Below, piece after piece: positions 51,357 to 60,320 of a DNA stretch of 64,000 nucleotides. Within the stretch, counting starts at the first letter, position 1, and each line of letters begins with the position of its first letter. The notes under the pieces were generated by a model, which searched no databases, was not told where the DNA came from, and was given only the letters and a program-made list of their open reading frames with translations. The stretch lies in assembly GCA_963760795.1 (NCBI GenBank), contig CAVXEP010000011.1, positions 1-64,000 of the forward strand, given 5' to 3'. A program made the position numbers and the translations under genes. This DNA is from an uncultured delta proteobacterium (GTDB lineage Bacteria > Desulfobacterota > Binatia > UBA9968).

Positions 51357-52514
51357 CTACGAGCCCTGCCGCGGGGCGGCGCCGCGCTCTCGATCGATCC
51401 GCGCCATGAACTTCGGTGACAGCTCGCGCAGCCGTTCGTCGGTCATGCGGCCGCTGCGGGTCATGTAATCGTAGGCGAGCTGCCAGGGTTCCAACTTCAT
51501 TTTCTCGGCGATGCGCTCGTACCAATAGGAGCTGGCGTTGGCGGCGGCGACGATTTTTTCGACGATGGGCCGGCGCTCGCGCTCGAAGAGGTCCAGCGCG
51601 CGCGGTGCATCTTCGCCCGCGTCAGCGAAGGCGCGATCGAGAGCGATGGCATCTTCGAATGCGAGGCGGGTGCCCGAGCCGATGGAAAAATGCACGGTGC
51701 GTTGGGCGTCGCCCAAGAGCACGGCGTTGCCAACGGCCCATCGGTTGGTAACCAGCAGCGGAAACTGGCGCCAGATGGATTTATTGGATACCAGCGAATG
51801 GCCGTTTAAATCCGGCGCGAAGACCCGCTCACAGTAGGTGCGGCTGGCATCCTCGGACATTCGATCCAAGCCGGCGCGGCGCCAGGTCGCTTCATCGCAT
51901 TCGACGACGAACGTGCTCATCGTTTGACTGTGGCGGTAATGGTGCGCGACGAAGTGGCCGTCTGCGTTGGCCCGGAAGGTTAAGCTAAGACACTCGAACG
52001 GCTGCGTCGTGCCGTACCAGGCGAAGCGGTTGGTGAGCCATTCGGTTTTGAGTTGGAATTCCGCTTCCAGGGCGCGGCGCACGAACGAGTTCGCGCCATC
52101 GGCGCCGACCAGAAGATCGCAGTCCTTTGCTTGAGCGAGTGATTCGATGAATTGGTTGTAGATGACGCTCACGCCCGCGGCGCGGCACAGCGCGTCGAGA
52201 AATTGATTGAGTTCTAATCTCCCGATGGCCGAGAAACCGTTGCCGTCGATATCGACGCGCTCGTCGCGATGGACGATGCGCTGCATGGGCCAGGATTCTA
52301 GCTGCGGAACTAACAGCGCGTGAAAATCGGCCACGTCGCGTTCGAGGAACGCGAGGGCATTGAGCGAGAACACCACGCCGAAACCGAAGGTGGCGTCGGG
52401 CGGGTTCTGCTCGAAGACATTGACCTGCCAACTTGGATAGCGGCGCTTGATCAGCAGCGCGAAGAGAAGGCCGGCGGGACCGGCGCCGATGATGTTAACC
52501 TTCACAGCTGCCAT
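51357..52514 (-). CDS. FAD-dependent monooxygenase, salicylyl-CoA 5-hydroxylase-like (hydroxylase domain only)
   Basis: IIGAGPAGL, EQNPPDATFGFGVVFS, GADGANS, LGDAQRTVHFSIGSGTRLA, YMTRSGR. Confidence 0.87.
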   Translation of the reverse strand: MAAVKVNIIGAGPAGLLFALLIKRRYPSWQVNVFEQNPPDATFGFGVVFSLNALAFLERDVADFHALLVPQLESWPMQRIVHRDERVDIDGNGFSAIGRLELNQFLDALCRAAGVSVIYNQFIESLAQAKDCDLLVGADGANSFVRRALEAEFQLKTEWLTNRFAWYGTTQPFECLSLTFRANADGHFVAHHYRHSQTMSTFVVECDEATWRRAGLDRMSEDASRTYCERVFAPDLNGHSLVSNKSIWRQFPLLVTNRWAVGNAVLLGDAQRTVHFSIGSGTRLAFEDAIALDRAFADAGEDAPRALDLFERERRPIVEKIVAAANASSYWYERIAEKMKLEPWQLAYDYMTRSGRMTDERLRELSPKFMARIDRERGAAPRQGS

Positions 52515-52518
52515 TTGC

Positions 52519-52760
52519 TCCGATTCGAAGACATATTCCTCACGCAAGGCGCAAAGGCGCCAAGTGACGGGCCGAGGCCCGTCATCCCGAGTGGATGCGA
52601 GGGATCTAAGAAAGATTTCTCCCTTCGGTCGAAATGACATTTTTCCTCTACGGCCTTTGCGGCCTTGGCGCCTTTGCGGGAGATATTCCGACCGCATTGA
52701 ATTTTTTTTGCGAACTTTGCGTGGCCAGTTCCTTCGCTCCGCTCAGGATCTTTGCGGCTA
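52519..52760. repeat. Nested composite of CGCAAAG arms, GTCAT/ATGAC REP pair and CTTCG..GCTCAGG hairpin
   Basis: Outer arms at 52540 and 52655-52682, inner pair 52581-52638, TCCGA at 52519 and 52687. Confidence 0.8.
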
Positions 52761-52775
52761 ATTCTCTGGCCGATG

Positions 52776-53699
52776 TTAGGCGAAGCGCGGAAATAGCCGT
52801 AACGCGTTTTGTTCTTCGATAGCGCGCCGCGCCGCGTCGTCGAAGCCGTCGTAATGTTCCCAGTGCTCGACTTCGCGCTGCAAGCGCGTGCCATAGACGA
52901 ACGGCAGATCCGAGCCCCACAGGATATGGGTCGGATCGGCGAACTCCTGTAGCGAGCGGAGCGCGAATGCAGACGTGGTACTCGCGGTCTCATAGTAGAG
53001 CGCGCGCAGCGTGGGAATCACGTCAGTGACTTTTTTGGCGCCGCGGTGGCCTTCCATCATGGCGATCCGTTCGGCAAGGAACGGCACCGTGCCGCCGCCA
53101 TGGGCGACGATGAAGCGAATGTCGGGGCAACGCTTGAGCGTGCCGGTATAAATCAGATTGACGATGGCTCGGGTGGTGTCGAACACATACTCGACGGCGA
53201 ACGGCGGCGCGCGTAAGCCAGTGTGCTCGGGCGCTTCGCAGTGGGTCGGATGGATGAACACCACGGCTTGGCGCCGGTTCAGCTCGTCAAACAGCGGATC
53301 GAACAACGGGTCGCCCAAGTAGTGGTCGTTGACGCTGGAAAAAAGCCCGACGCCGTCAAGGTGCAAGATGTCGAGCGCATAGGTTAATTCTTCCAGCGCG
53401 CCGTCAACGTCCGGCAGGGGAAGAAGAGCGAAGGAGCCGAATCGCGTGGGGTGTTCCAGTAACATTCTGGCTTGGAATTCATTGCATACGCGGGCGACTT
53501 CGCGCAGACGATTGAGATTATTCAGGACGACGCGCGGGGTGAGCGAGGTGATCGCCGATTGAATGTGCCAACTATCCATGGAGCGCAGTTGCGCTCCGGT
53601 AGTCGGCAGCTTGATCGGCATGGATTCGTCAGCGTACTGCGGCGGCACCACGTGGTGATGCACGTCGATGCGCCAATTTTCTGGTGTATTCTGACTCAT
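52776..53699 (-). CDS. Amidohydrolase_2 family (6-methylsalicylate decarboxylase-like)
   Basis: RIDVHHHVVP, LPLPDVD, FIHPT, FDTTRA, HGGGTVP, GSDLP. Confidence 0.85.
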   Translation of the reverse strand: MSQNTPENWRIDVHHHVVPPQYADESMPIKLPTTGAQLRSMDSWHIQSAITSLTPRVVLNNLNRLREVARVCNEFQARMLLEHPTRFGSFALLPLPDVDGALEELTYALDILHLDGVGLFSSVNDHYLGDPLFDPLFDELNRRQAVVFIHPTHCEAPEHTGLRAPPFAVEYVFDTTRAIVNLIYTGTLKRCPDIRFIVAHGGGTVPFLAERIAMMEGHRGAKKVTDVIPTLRALYYETASTTSAFALRSLQEFADPTHILWGSDLPFVYGTRLQREVEHWEHYDGFDDAARRAIEEQNALRLFPRFA

Positions 53700-53857
53700 A
53701 CGCTCGCACTCGCTGCCGAAGCTATTTGATAATGCGCCGTTCTGTCAACTCAAAGTCATTCTACTTGACAGCGGGAGCCTGCACCGGTCTATAGTCCGGC
53801 GTGAACGAGAAACATTGCTCTTGATTCAACGAACTGGTCTCGAGCTGACATTTGCCA

Positions 53858-53950
53858 AAATCTCCCCTGGCCTCTCTTCTTCAGAGGGGCAACCGGGTGT
53901 CGCCAGCAGCCGTCTTCCCCCGTTGGAAAACGCATCCAGGGGATGGGGAT
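53858..53950. repeat. Degenerate CCCCT...AGGGG-type palindrome pair
   Basis: AAATCTCCCCTGGCCTCTCTTCTTCAGAGGGG ... CTTCCCCCGTTGGAAAA...AGGGGAT. Confidence 0.4.
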
Positions 53951-54038
53951 GGAGCCCGGATTTTCTTCGGAGGACGATGTCGGGAACCATTTGGCGTTTG
54001 GTCAGAGTTACCGCTGGTCAGGTGGAAGCAGGGCAAAA

Positions 54039-55023
54039 ATGAACAGAAGAACCGCCATCCGGCGACTGGCGACTTTTTTTCTGACTACTGCTTCTCTCGC
54101 CGAGGCGCAGCAGGCGGGGAAAATCTTCCGCATCGGTTTCCTCGATGGAGGCACTGCTGCCGGTATGGCGAGCCTCGTGAAGGCGTTCCTGCAAGAGCTG
54201 AGCAAGCTTGGTTGGATTGAGGGAAAGAATTTCACTATCGAGTACCGATTTACGGAGGGCAAAGGCCAGAGCGCCGGCCTGAGCTTGCGGCGGACCTGGT
54301 TCGTCTTAAGGTTGATCTGATCTTGGTCTCGTCGCGACCGGCGGCATTGGCGGCCAAGAGCGCCACTCGCTACGATCCCGATCGTAATGACGAATGTTGG
54401 GGACCCCGTGGGTGCAGGTTTGGTTGCCAGTCTGGCGCGGCCGGGAGGCAATGTCACCGGGTTCTCGAGTTTATCGCACGGAACTAAACACAAAAAGGCT
54501 AGAGATACTCAAGGACGCGGTCCCCAAGCTCGCCCGAGTCGGCCTTCTGCGGTCGGCGGGCACAGGACAATTCCAAATGAAAGAGATCAGGCCTGCGGCT
54601 CTGCACCTGAAGCTAAAATTGGAGGAGATCGAGACTCAATCCGACGCCAAAGGTTTAGAGAGCGCCTTTAAAACCGCCAAGCAGAAGCAGGTGGGCGCGA
54701 TTATGACGATGACCACTCCCGCCTTTTTCGCCGAACGAAAGCGGATCGTCGAGCTTGCCGTCAAATACCGCTTGCCGGCTATTTACTATCAGAAGGAGTT
54801 TGTCGATGAGGGCGGTCTCATGTCCTATGGGGCGGATTACGATGATCTGTTCCGCAAGGCTGCCCACTACGTAGACAAGATCCTCAAGGGAACGAAACCT
54901 GCCGATCTGCCGGTACAGCAGGCGACGAAGTTTGAATTCGTCATTAACCTCAAGGCGGCAAAACAAATTGGTCTTACGATTCCACTCGGAATGCTGGAGC
55001 GGGCGAATCAGGTGATTAAATGA
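54039..55023 (+). pseudogene. COG2984-type ABC substrate-binding protein with three frameshifts (pseudogene or sequence error)
   Basis: LGWIEGKNFTIEYR, LVASLARPGGNVTG, GGLMSYG, KPADLPVQQATKFE; shifts near 54265, 54367 and 54477. Confidence 0.75.
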
Positions 55024-55161
55024 ATTTTAGATTTTGGATTTTCGTCCGCGGGGCGGCATTTGGATTAAGGGAGTGCCGGTTCGTAAACTCGGCAATTTAT
55101 GCCAGATTGAATCCGATTCCGAGTCCCGACAATCCAAAATCGACAATCCAAAATCCAAAAT
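55024..55161. repeat. Inverted ATTTTGG/CCAAAAT heptamer arms with stacked TCCGA
   Basis: ATTTTAGATTTTGGATTTT ... TCCGATTCCGAGTCCCGA-C-AATCCAAAATCGACAATCCAAAATCCAAAAT. Confidence 0.8.
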
Positions 55162-55286
55162 GCAGTGGCGGCGTATGGACATCGGCTAGAGCTTGCGATA
55201 TGCGGGGCGAGACGTTGTCTTGACCCGCGAACTTTGGCGCGCGGCGAATCGCGCCGCGCAACCGCAGGGACAAAGGGAGGTGCGCG

Positions 55287-56294
55287 ATGACTTATTTTCT
55301 TAGGCTGCTAGCGCTAATCGGCATTGTCCTGTCGACCGGTCTCGGCGCGGTGCACGAAAGCGCCGGACAAACTTCCAGTCTCACGGCATTTTACACCGCG
55401 CCGGTGGTGTCGATGGCGCCCATGTGGATCGCCAAAGAAGCGGGATTTTTCAAGAAGCAAGGCTTAGACGTTCGCTTGGTGTTCATCGCCTCCGGTCCGC
55501 TCGGTACCACGGCGATCCTGTCGGGCGACGTCGATGTCGGAGTGATCGGCGGCTTCGCCCCGATACGGGCGATCGCCGGCGGGAATAAGAATTTGGCGAT
55601 GATCGGCCAGACCAAAAACCGCATGACCGGCGCCATCGTCGGCAAGAAAGAAATCGCCAGCGTCCAGGACCTGAAAGGCAAGCGGCTCGGTATCGACCGG
55701 ATCGGTTCGAATCCGGACATGTTCACTCAAGCATCGCTGGCGCGTTTCAACATAGATCCGCTCAAAGACCTGCAATACATCCAGCTCGGCAGCATCGGTC
55801 AGGGAATCCCGGCGCTCAAGGCGGGAACCATCGACGCCGTTAGCACGAGCACGCCGCACGATCTGTTTGCCCAGAGGCTGGGCTTCAAGGTGATCCTGGA
55901 TATCACGGCCATGAAGATTCCCTTGGCATCGACGGTTCTCCTCTCCGCGCGCAACACCGTCGAGCGCAAGCAAGCTGACCTGATGAAATTTATGCGCGCT
56001 TACGTCGAAGCGATTCACTATTTTCTGACGAACAAAGAAGGGACCATCCAGATCGTCGCCAAATATACCAAAGTCGAAGACCGCGAAGTGAATGGCCATG
56101 CGATCGAGTCTGAGCGGGAGGCCGTGGAACGAACCCTCCAAGTCGATCCCAAAGGCATCGAGCTGATCCTCACGCTCATGAGTAAATCGATGCCCCAGGG
56201 TCCGGCGGTGAAAACCGAGGAGTTTTACGATTCGCGTTTCACCAACGAGCTGAGGGACAGCGGGTTTCTCAAAAAATTGTGGGGAGAGAAGTGA
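55287..56294 (+). CDS. ABC substrate-binding protein, NMT1/SsuA family
   Basis: AGFFKKQGLDV, DLKGKRLG, FYDSRF; GGAGG RBS. Confidence 0.88.
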   Translation: MTYFLRLLALIGIVLSTGLGAVHESAGQTSSLTAFYTAPVVSMAPMWIAKEAGFFKKQGLDVRLVFIASGPLGTTAILSGDVDVGVIGGFAPIRAIAGGNKNLAMIGQTKNRMTGAIVGKKEIASVQDLKGKRLGIDRIGSNPDMFTQASLARFNIDPLKDLQYIQLGSIGQGIPALKAGTIDAVSTSTPHDLFAQRLGFKVILDITAMKIPLASTVLLSARNTVERKQADLMKFMRAYVEAIHYFLTNKEGTIQIVAKYTKVEDREVNGHAIESEREAVERTLQVDPKGIELILTLMSKSMPQGPAVKTEEFYDSRFTNELRDSGFLKKLWGEK

Positions 56295-56549
56295 CGGTAA
56301 GAGGTAAGGGGTAAGGAGTGAGGGGTTCGGAGTAAGAAAAGATTCTTCTGAAAAACCCCTAGGAATGCTTCGACGGGCTCAGCATGAACGGAAAACCTCC
56401 AGTGATTTTAACCGATCTTCCGTTCTTCCTTCGTCAAGCTCAGGACGGGCTCTGAGGCTCGTCGAAGGATGAACGGAGGGTTTTTCAGCAGAATCAGAAA
56501 AAATGACCGATACGATTTGAACGGCTGGAACGACTTGAACGTTTTGAAC
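56291..56549. repeat. Mismatched arms: GTAAGGG/GTGAGGG left arm and TTGAAC right arm around a MITE
   Basis: GTGACGGTAAGAGGTAAGGGGTAAGGAGTGAGGGG-TTCGGA ... CCGA...TTGAAC-like x4. Confidence 0.75.
56341..56495. mobile_element. MITE-like element with 18-bp terminal inverted repeats and candidate AGAAAA target duplication
   Basis: GATTCTTCTGAAAAACCC / GGGTTTTTCAGCAGAATC (17/18 match); AGAAAA on both sides; internal REP-like hairpins. Confidence 0.75.
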
Positions 56550-56563
56550 GCGAGGAGATTTTT

Positions 56564-58312
56564 ATGATCGAGACCGAAGGCTTGACCGGCGCCGATACTT
56601 TGTTGCGCGTGCTCTCACATATGGGAGTGGATCGAATCTTTTCTTCCCCCGGCTCGGAGTGGGCGCCGGTGTGGGAAGCGTTTGCCAAAGCCAAGGCGCA
56701 GAGCGAGGGTGTGCCGCAGTATATCAGCTCGCGCCACGAAGAGGTCGCCGTCGGCATGGCCAGCGGCTACGCCAAGGCGACAGGAAAACTTGCCGCGGTG
56801 ATGATCCACACCACGGTCGGCGCGCTGCATGCGACGATGGCGCTGCGCGGCGCGCTGCATGAACAGATTCCCATGGTGGTGTTCACCGGCGAGTCATTAG
56901 GTTTCGGCGAAGAGGCGGGTCCGGACGTGGGCGCGCAATGGCTCGGCGCCTTGGCCGATATTGGCGGACCGGCGCGTCTCGTGGAACGCTGCGTTAAATG
57001 GAGCTACGGCGTCAACGCGAAATCGCTGTTGCCGTCGACCATCCAGCGTGCCTGCCAATTGGCGATGGGCACTCCCAAGGGACCGGTCTTCGTTTCGCTG
57101 CCGATGGAATATTTGTTCGATAAAATGACCAAGAACGCGGCGGCGGAAAATGTCGCGATTCCGGCGCCCATGGCCGATCCGGCGGCGCTCGATGAACTCG
57201 CGGCGTCCCTCGCCGGCGCGAAAAATCCCCTGATCGTCACCGAGGAGGCAGGACGCGACCCACAGGTGGTCGAACAACTCGTCGAGCTGGCCGAGTTGCT
57301 CGGCGCCGGCGTCGTCGAAAGCCGGGCGTCGAGCTACATCAACTTTCCGCGCACCCATCCGCTGCATGCCGGTTTCGAGCCGGTCGAATTCTTGGTGGAA
57401 TCGGACGTGATTTTTCTTTTGGGAGTCGTCGCGCCCTGGCATCCGGCTTCGAAGAAATTAAACCCTGGAACCAAACTCGCGGTCTTGTCGGATAATCCGC
57501 TGCGCTCGGAGATGCCTTACTGGGGCTATCCGGTCACTCAAATTCTTACCGGCGAGATCGAAAGATCGATGAAGTATTTACTCGAAGCGGTGAAGAAAAA
57601 AGTTTCGAAAGGTAACGGCGACGCGGCGCGGCGCGGCGAGACATGGAGCGGCCGCCATGCCGCGCGCAGAGCGGCTTGGCAAGAAGACGCGCTCAAGCGC
57701 AGGGAGCAAAAACCGATCGACACGCGCTGGGTCACGCATGAGTTGGCACAGGTCATTCCGGCCGATGCCATCGTCGTCGAGGAAACCATTACGCACAGAC
57801 TATCGATTCACCGCTATCTCGACATGCTCAAGCCGGGCACGTTCTTTGCCGGCTGCATCGGTGGACTCGGCACCGGCACGGGCACCGCGCTTGGTGTCAA
57901 AGCGGCGAATCCCAAGCGGCCGGTTTTGTGTCTGATCGGTGACGGCGCGTTCAACTACGATCCCGGACTGGCGACTCTTGGAGTTTGCCAGGAGCACAAT
58001 CTGCCGATCATGATCGTGCTCTTCAATAATTACGGCTACCACTCGCAAAAATCCGGCGTGCCGCGTTTCTTCCCCGACGGCTTCGCCGTGAAGAACCAGG
58101 ACTTCATCGGCATTTCGATCAATCCCAGTCCGGACTACGCGATGATCGCGCGCGCCTTCGACGGCTACGGCGAAAAAGTCGAAGAGCCCGGCGAAGTGCG
58201 CGCCGCGCTCCAACGCGGCTTGAAAGCCGTGGCCGGCGGACAAGTGGCGCTGATCGACGTTCGCCTGGCGAAAGCGGCGGAGAGCAACGAGAGACCGGAT
58301 CGGGCGAATTAG
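56564..58312 (+). CDS. Thiamine-diphosphate enzyme (decarboxylase/acetolactate synthase-like)
   Basis: SRHEEVAVGMASGY, PKGPVFVSLP, IGDGAFNY...FNN. Confidence 0.9.
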   Translation: MIETEGLTGADTLLRVLSHMGVDRIFSSPGSEWAPVWEAFAKAKAQSEGVPQYISSRHEEVAVGMASGYAKATGKLAAVMIHTTVGALHATMALRGALHEQIPMVVFTGESLGFGEEAGPDVGAQWLGALADIGGPARLVERCVKWSYGVNAKSLLPSTIQRACQLAMGTPKGPVFVSLPMEYLFDKMTKNAAAENVAIPAPMADPAALDELAASLAGAKNPLIVTEEAGRDPQVVEQLVELAELLGAGVVESRASSYINFPRTHPLHAGFEPVEFLVESDVIFLLGVVAPWHPASKKLNPGTKLAVLSDNPLRSEMPYWGYPVTQILTGEIERSMKYLLEAVKKKVSKGNGDAARRGETWSGRHAARRAAWQEDALKRREQKPIDTRWVTHELAQVIPADAIVVEETITHRLSIHRYLDMLKPGTFFAGCIGGLGTGTGTALGVKAANPKRPVLCLIGDGAFNYDPGLATLGVCQEHNLPIMIVLFNNYGYHSQKSGVPRFFPDGFAVKNQDFIGISINPSPDYAMIARAFDGYGEKVEEPGEVRAALQRGLKAVAGGQVALIDVRLAKAAESNERPDRAN

Positions 58313-58381
58313 CGCTGATCTGAAATTCGCCGAAGCTTGAGTCAGGTGCACTCAAAGAATTGAGCTGATCCAGGTTTGCTG

Positions 58382-58504
58382 TCGGAAGTATTCACCACGA
58401 AGGACACGAAGATCACGAAGGAAAGACTATCTAGCCGCAAAGAACGCAGATGGCGCAAAGAAACTATAGGTAAATCCTGTAGGGGCAACCCCCTGTGGTC
58501 GCCC
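58382..58504 (+). repeat. TCGGA, CACGAAG arm, GCCGCAAAG arm, GTAG REP
   Basis: Ends TAAATCC-TGTAGGGGCAACCCCCTGTGGTCGCCC; same TAAATCCTGTAG junction as at ~19150. Confidence 0.8.
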
Positions 58505-58546
58505 TCTTCGAAAGGCTTGCGGCGTCAGGGATGCACCGACGGCGAA

Positions 58547-59504
58547 TCATTTCACGGCCTTTTGCACAAAGCTGAAATCAAACACCTGGCTCGGCGGAAC
58601 TTCCTTGGCGGCGCCGCCGAGAGTTTTTTGGGTGAATTCGATGGCGCCTTTCATCCAATTGTCGTCCACCGAGCCGTCCACCGATTGGCGCGTCAGATAG
58701 AGATCGTAGAGCTGATCGATCAACGCGGGGTCTTTGATGCCCAAGTAGCCCGGCATGATTTTTATCATCTCGGCGCGGTTTTTCATCGAATACTGAAGAG
58801 CTTTGATGGTGCCGCGCACGAAGGCGAGAACCTCTGCGGGGTTGGTTTTAATTTTTTCGTCGGTGACGCCGATGCCGCCGTTGGCATAGGTTGACAGATA
58901 ATCACCCGAATAAGCGATGCGGTTGAAGCCATCACGCTGGAGCATGAAATTTCTCGGCGGGGTAATAAGTGCGGCGGCTATTCTGCCGGTTCGAAGGGCA
59001 ATTACCGATTCTTCTTGGGCTCCGACAATGATGACTGTGACATCCTTGTTCGGCGCGAGGCCGTTTTTCTGTAAAATTATTTGCAGCATCAAATCGTTGG
59101 AACCGCCGCGCGACGAAATGCCGACGAGTTTTCCTTTCAAATCCTGAACGGATTTAATCTGCGGCTGGGACATCAGTTCGAACTGCGGCTTGGATGAAGA
59201 AATGAACACCAGCTTGACCGGCAAGGCGCGCACCGCCGCGGCGATGGTCGAGCCGGAAGCCGAGGTGTAATCGACCGAGCCGCCCAAAAGCGCCTGCATG
59301 CCGACCGCGCCGCGGATGAGAATCGCTTCGACATCGAGGCCTTCTTCGCGCCAGAAGCCTTTGACCTGGGCGACTTTGAAAGGGCAGTTCGGAAATGGAA
59401 ACCCCGGTGGTGGAGAATCTGACTTTCTTGAGTTGCGCTGAAGCCGTGGACCCGCCGATTAGGATAATGAGAATACCAAGAACGGGGACGGATTTGATTC
59501 GCAT
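58547..59504 (-). CDS. ABC substrate-binding protein, NMT1/SsuA family; frameshift at ~59378
   Basis: MRIKSVPVLG signal peptide, then ELPF|KVAQVKGFWREEGLDV joins ORF 58547-59299. Confidence 0.85.
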
Positions 59505-59652
59505 ATCGACTCCTTTAGACGGTGCCGAATGTGTACCACAAGACACAGTGCGCGGCATAGCCGCGATCAAGGAAGTGAAGATGAGAACTGAACAACCCGC
59601 GGCTCTAAGCCGAGGGGTTCTGAAATTGTCGACTCGAAGTCGACTTTCCTTT

Positions 59653-59809
59653 CGTCATTCCGGCCTAATCGTCACCCCGGTGAAAACCGGGGTCCATCCC
59701 CATCCCGTTAACCTGGATACCGTTTTCCAACGGTATGACTGACTCCGCAAGAAACGCAAAGAATTAAATAAAGAAATGAGATTCGTAGGTGTGGGTTTGA
59801 AACCCGCCC
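59653..59809. repeat. GTCA-type REP doublet, then CGCAAAG arm and GTAG REP
   Basis: CGTCACCCCGGTGAAAACCGGGGTCCA; CTGGATACCGTTTTCCAACGGTATGAC; GTAGGTGTGGGTTTGAAACCCGCCC. Confidence 0.8.
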
Positions 59810-59815
59810 TTTTGC

Positions 59816-59845
59816 TTGACCGGTCGTTAACCGCGCTGTTAGTGT
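59816..59845 (+). promoter_or_regulatory. Candidate sigma70 promoter for the cupin gene
   Basis: TTGACC-N18-TAGTGT with a TGn extension. Confidence 0.3.
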
Positions 59846-59882
59846 TCGCCACACAGCTCGAATTCCGGAAGGAGAAAGTTCT

Positions 59883-60311
59883 ATGGCAGACGCGCATATT
59901 CTGAGAATCGATTCGTTGCCGGTGGTCGACCGCGGTAACGGCATCCAAACGACTCCCTTGGTCACGAAAGAGCTCGGCTCCAAGCATATCACGACGGGGA
60001 TTACTCGATTTCCGGTGGGCGCGAAGGTTCCCATGCATTCGCATAACTGCGATGAGCAGGTGACCATCCTCGAAGGGGAGGCCGACGCGGAAATCGACGG
60101 CCAGAGCCATCGGCGGCTGCACGCTTACGACACGACGCTGGTTCCAGCCAATCAGCCGCACCGTTTCGTCAACGTCGGCACGACGCCGCTGGCGATTCTA
60201 TGGATCTATACTTCCACCGAGGTGACCCGCACCTTCGCCGAAACCGGCGAGACGGTGGCGCATCTGTCCGAGCGTGATCTGGTGAGTCCGCTTGCTCCTA
60301 AGGGAAAGTAA
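59883..60311 (+). CDS. Cupin-domain protein
   Basis: HSHNCDEQVTILEG...PANQPHRF; AAGGAG RBS. Confidence 0.88.
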   Translation: MADAHILRIDSLPVVDRGNGIQTTPLVTKELGSKHITTGITRFPVGAKVPMHSHNCDEQVTILEGEADAEIDGQSHRRLHAYDTTLVPANQPHRFVNVGTTPLAILWIYTSTEVTRTFAETGETVAHLSERDLVSPLAPKGK

Positions 60312-60320
60312 AGATTTATT

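Noticed and set aside
52515-52697. N-terminal ORF extensions (also 12377-12463 and 13610-13705)
   Set aside because: They are read-through of intergenic repeats; motif-bearing starts lie downstream.
53765-53795. Sigma70 promoter TTGACA...TATAGT
   Set aside because: The 19-bp spacer is atypical and it lies ~240 bp from the next start; not supportable.
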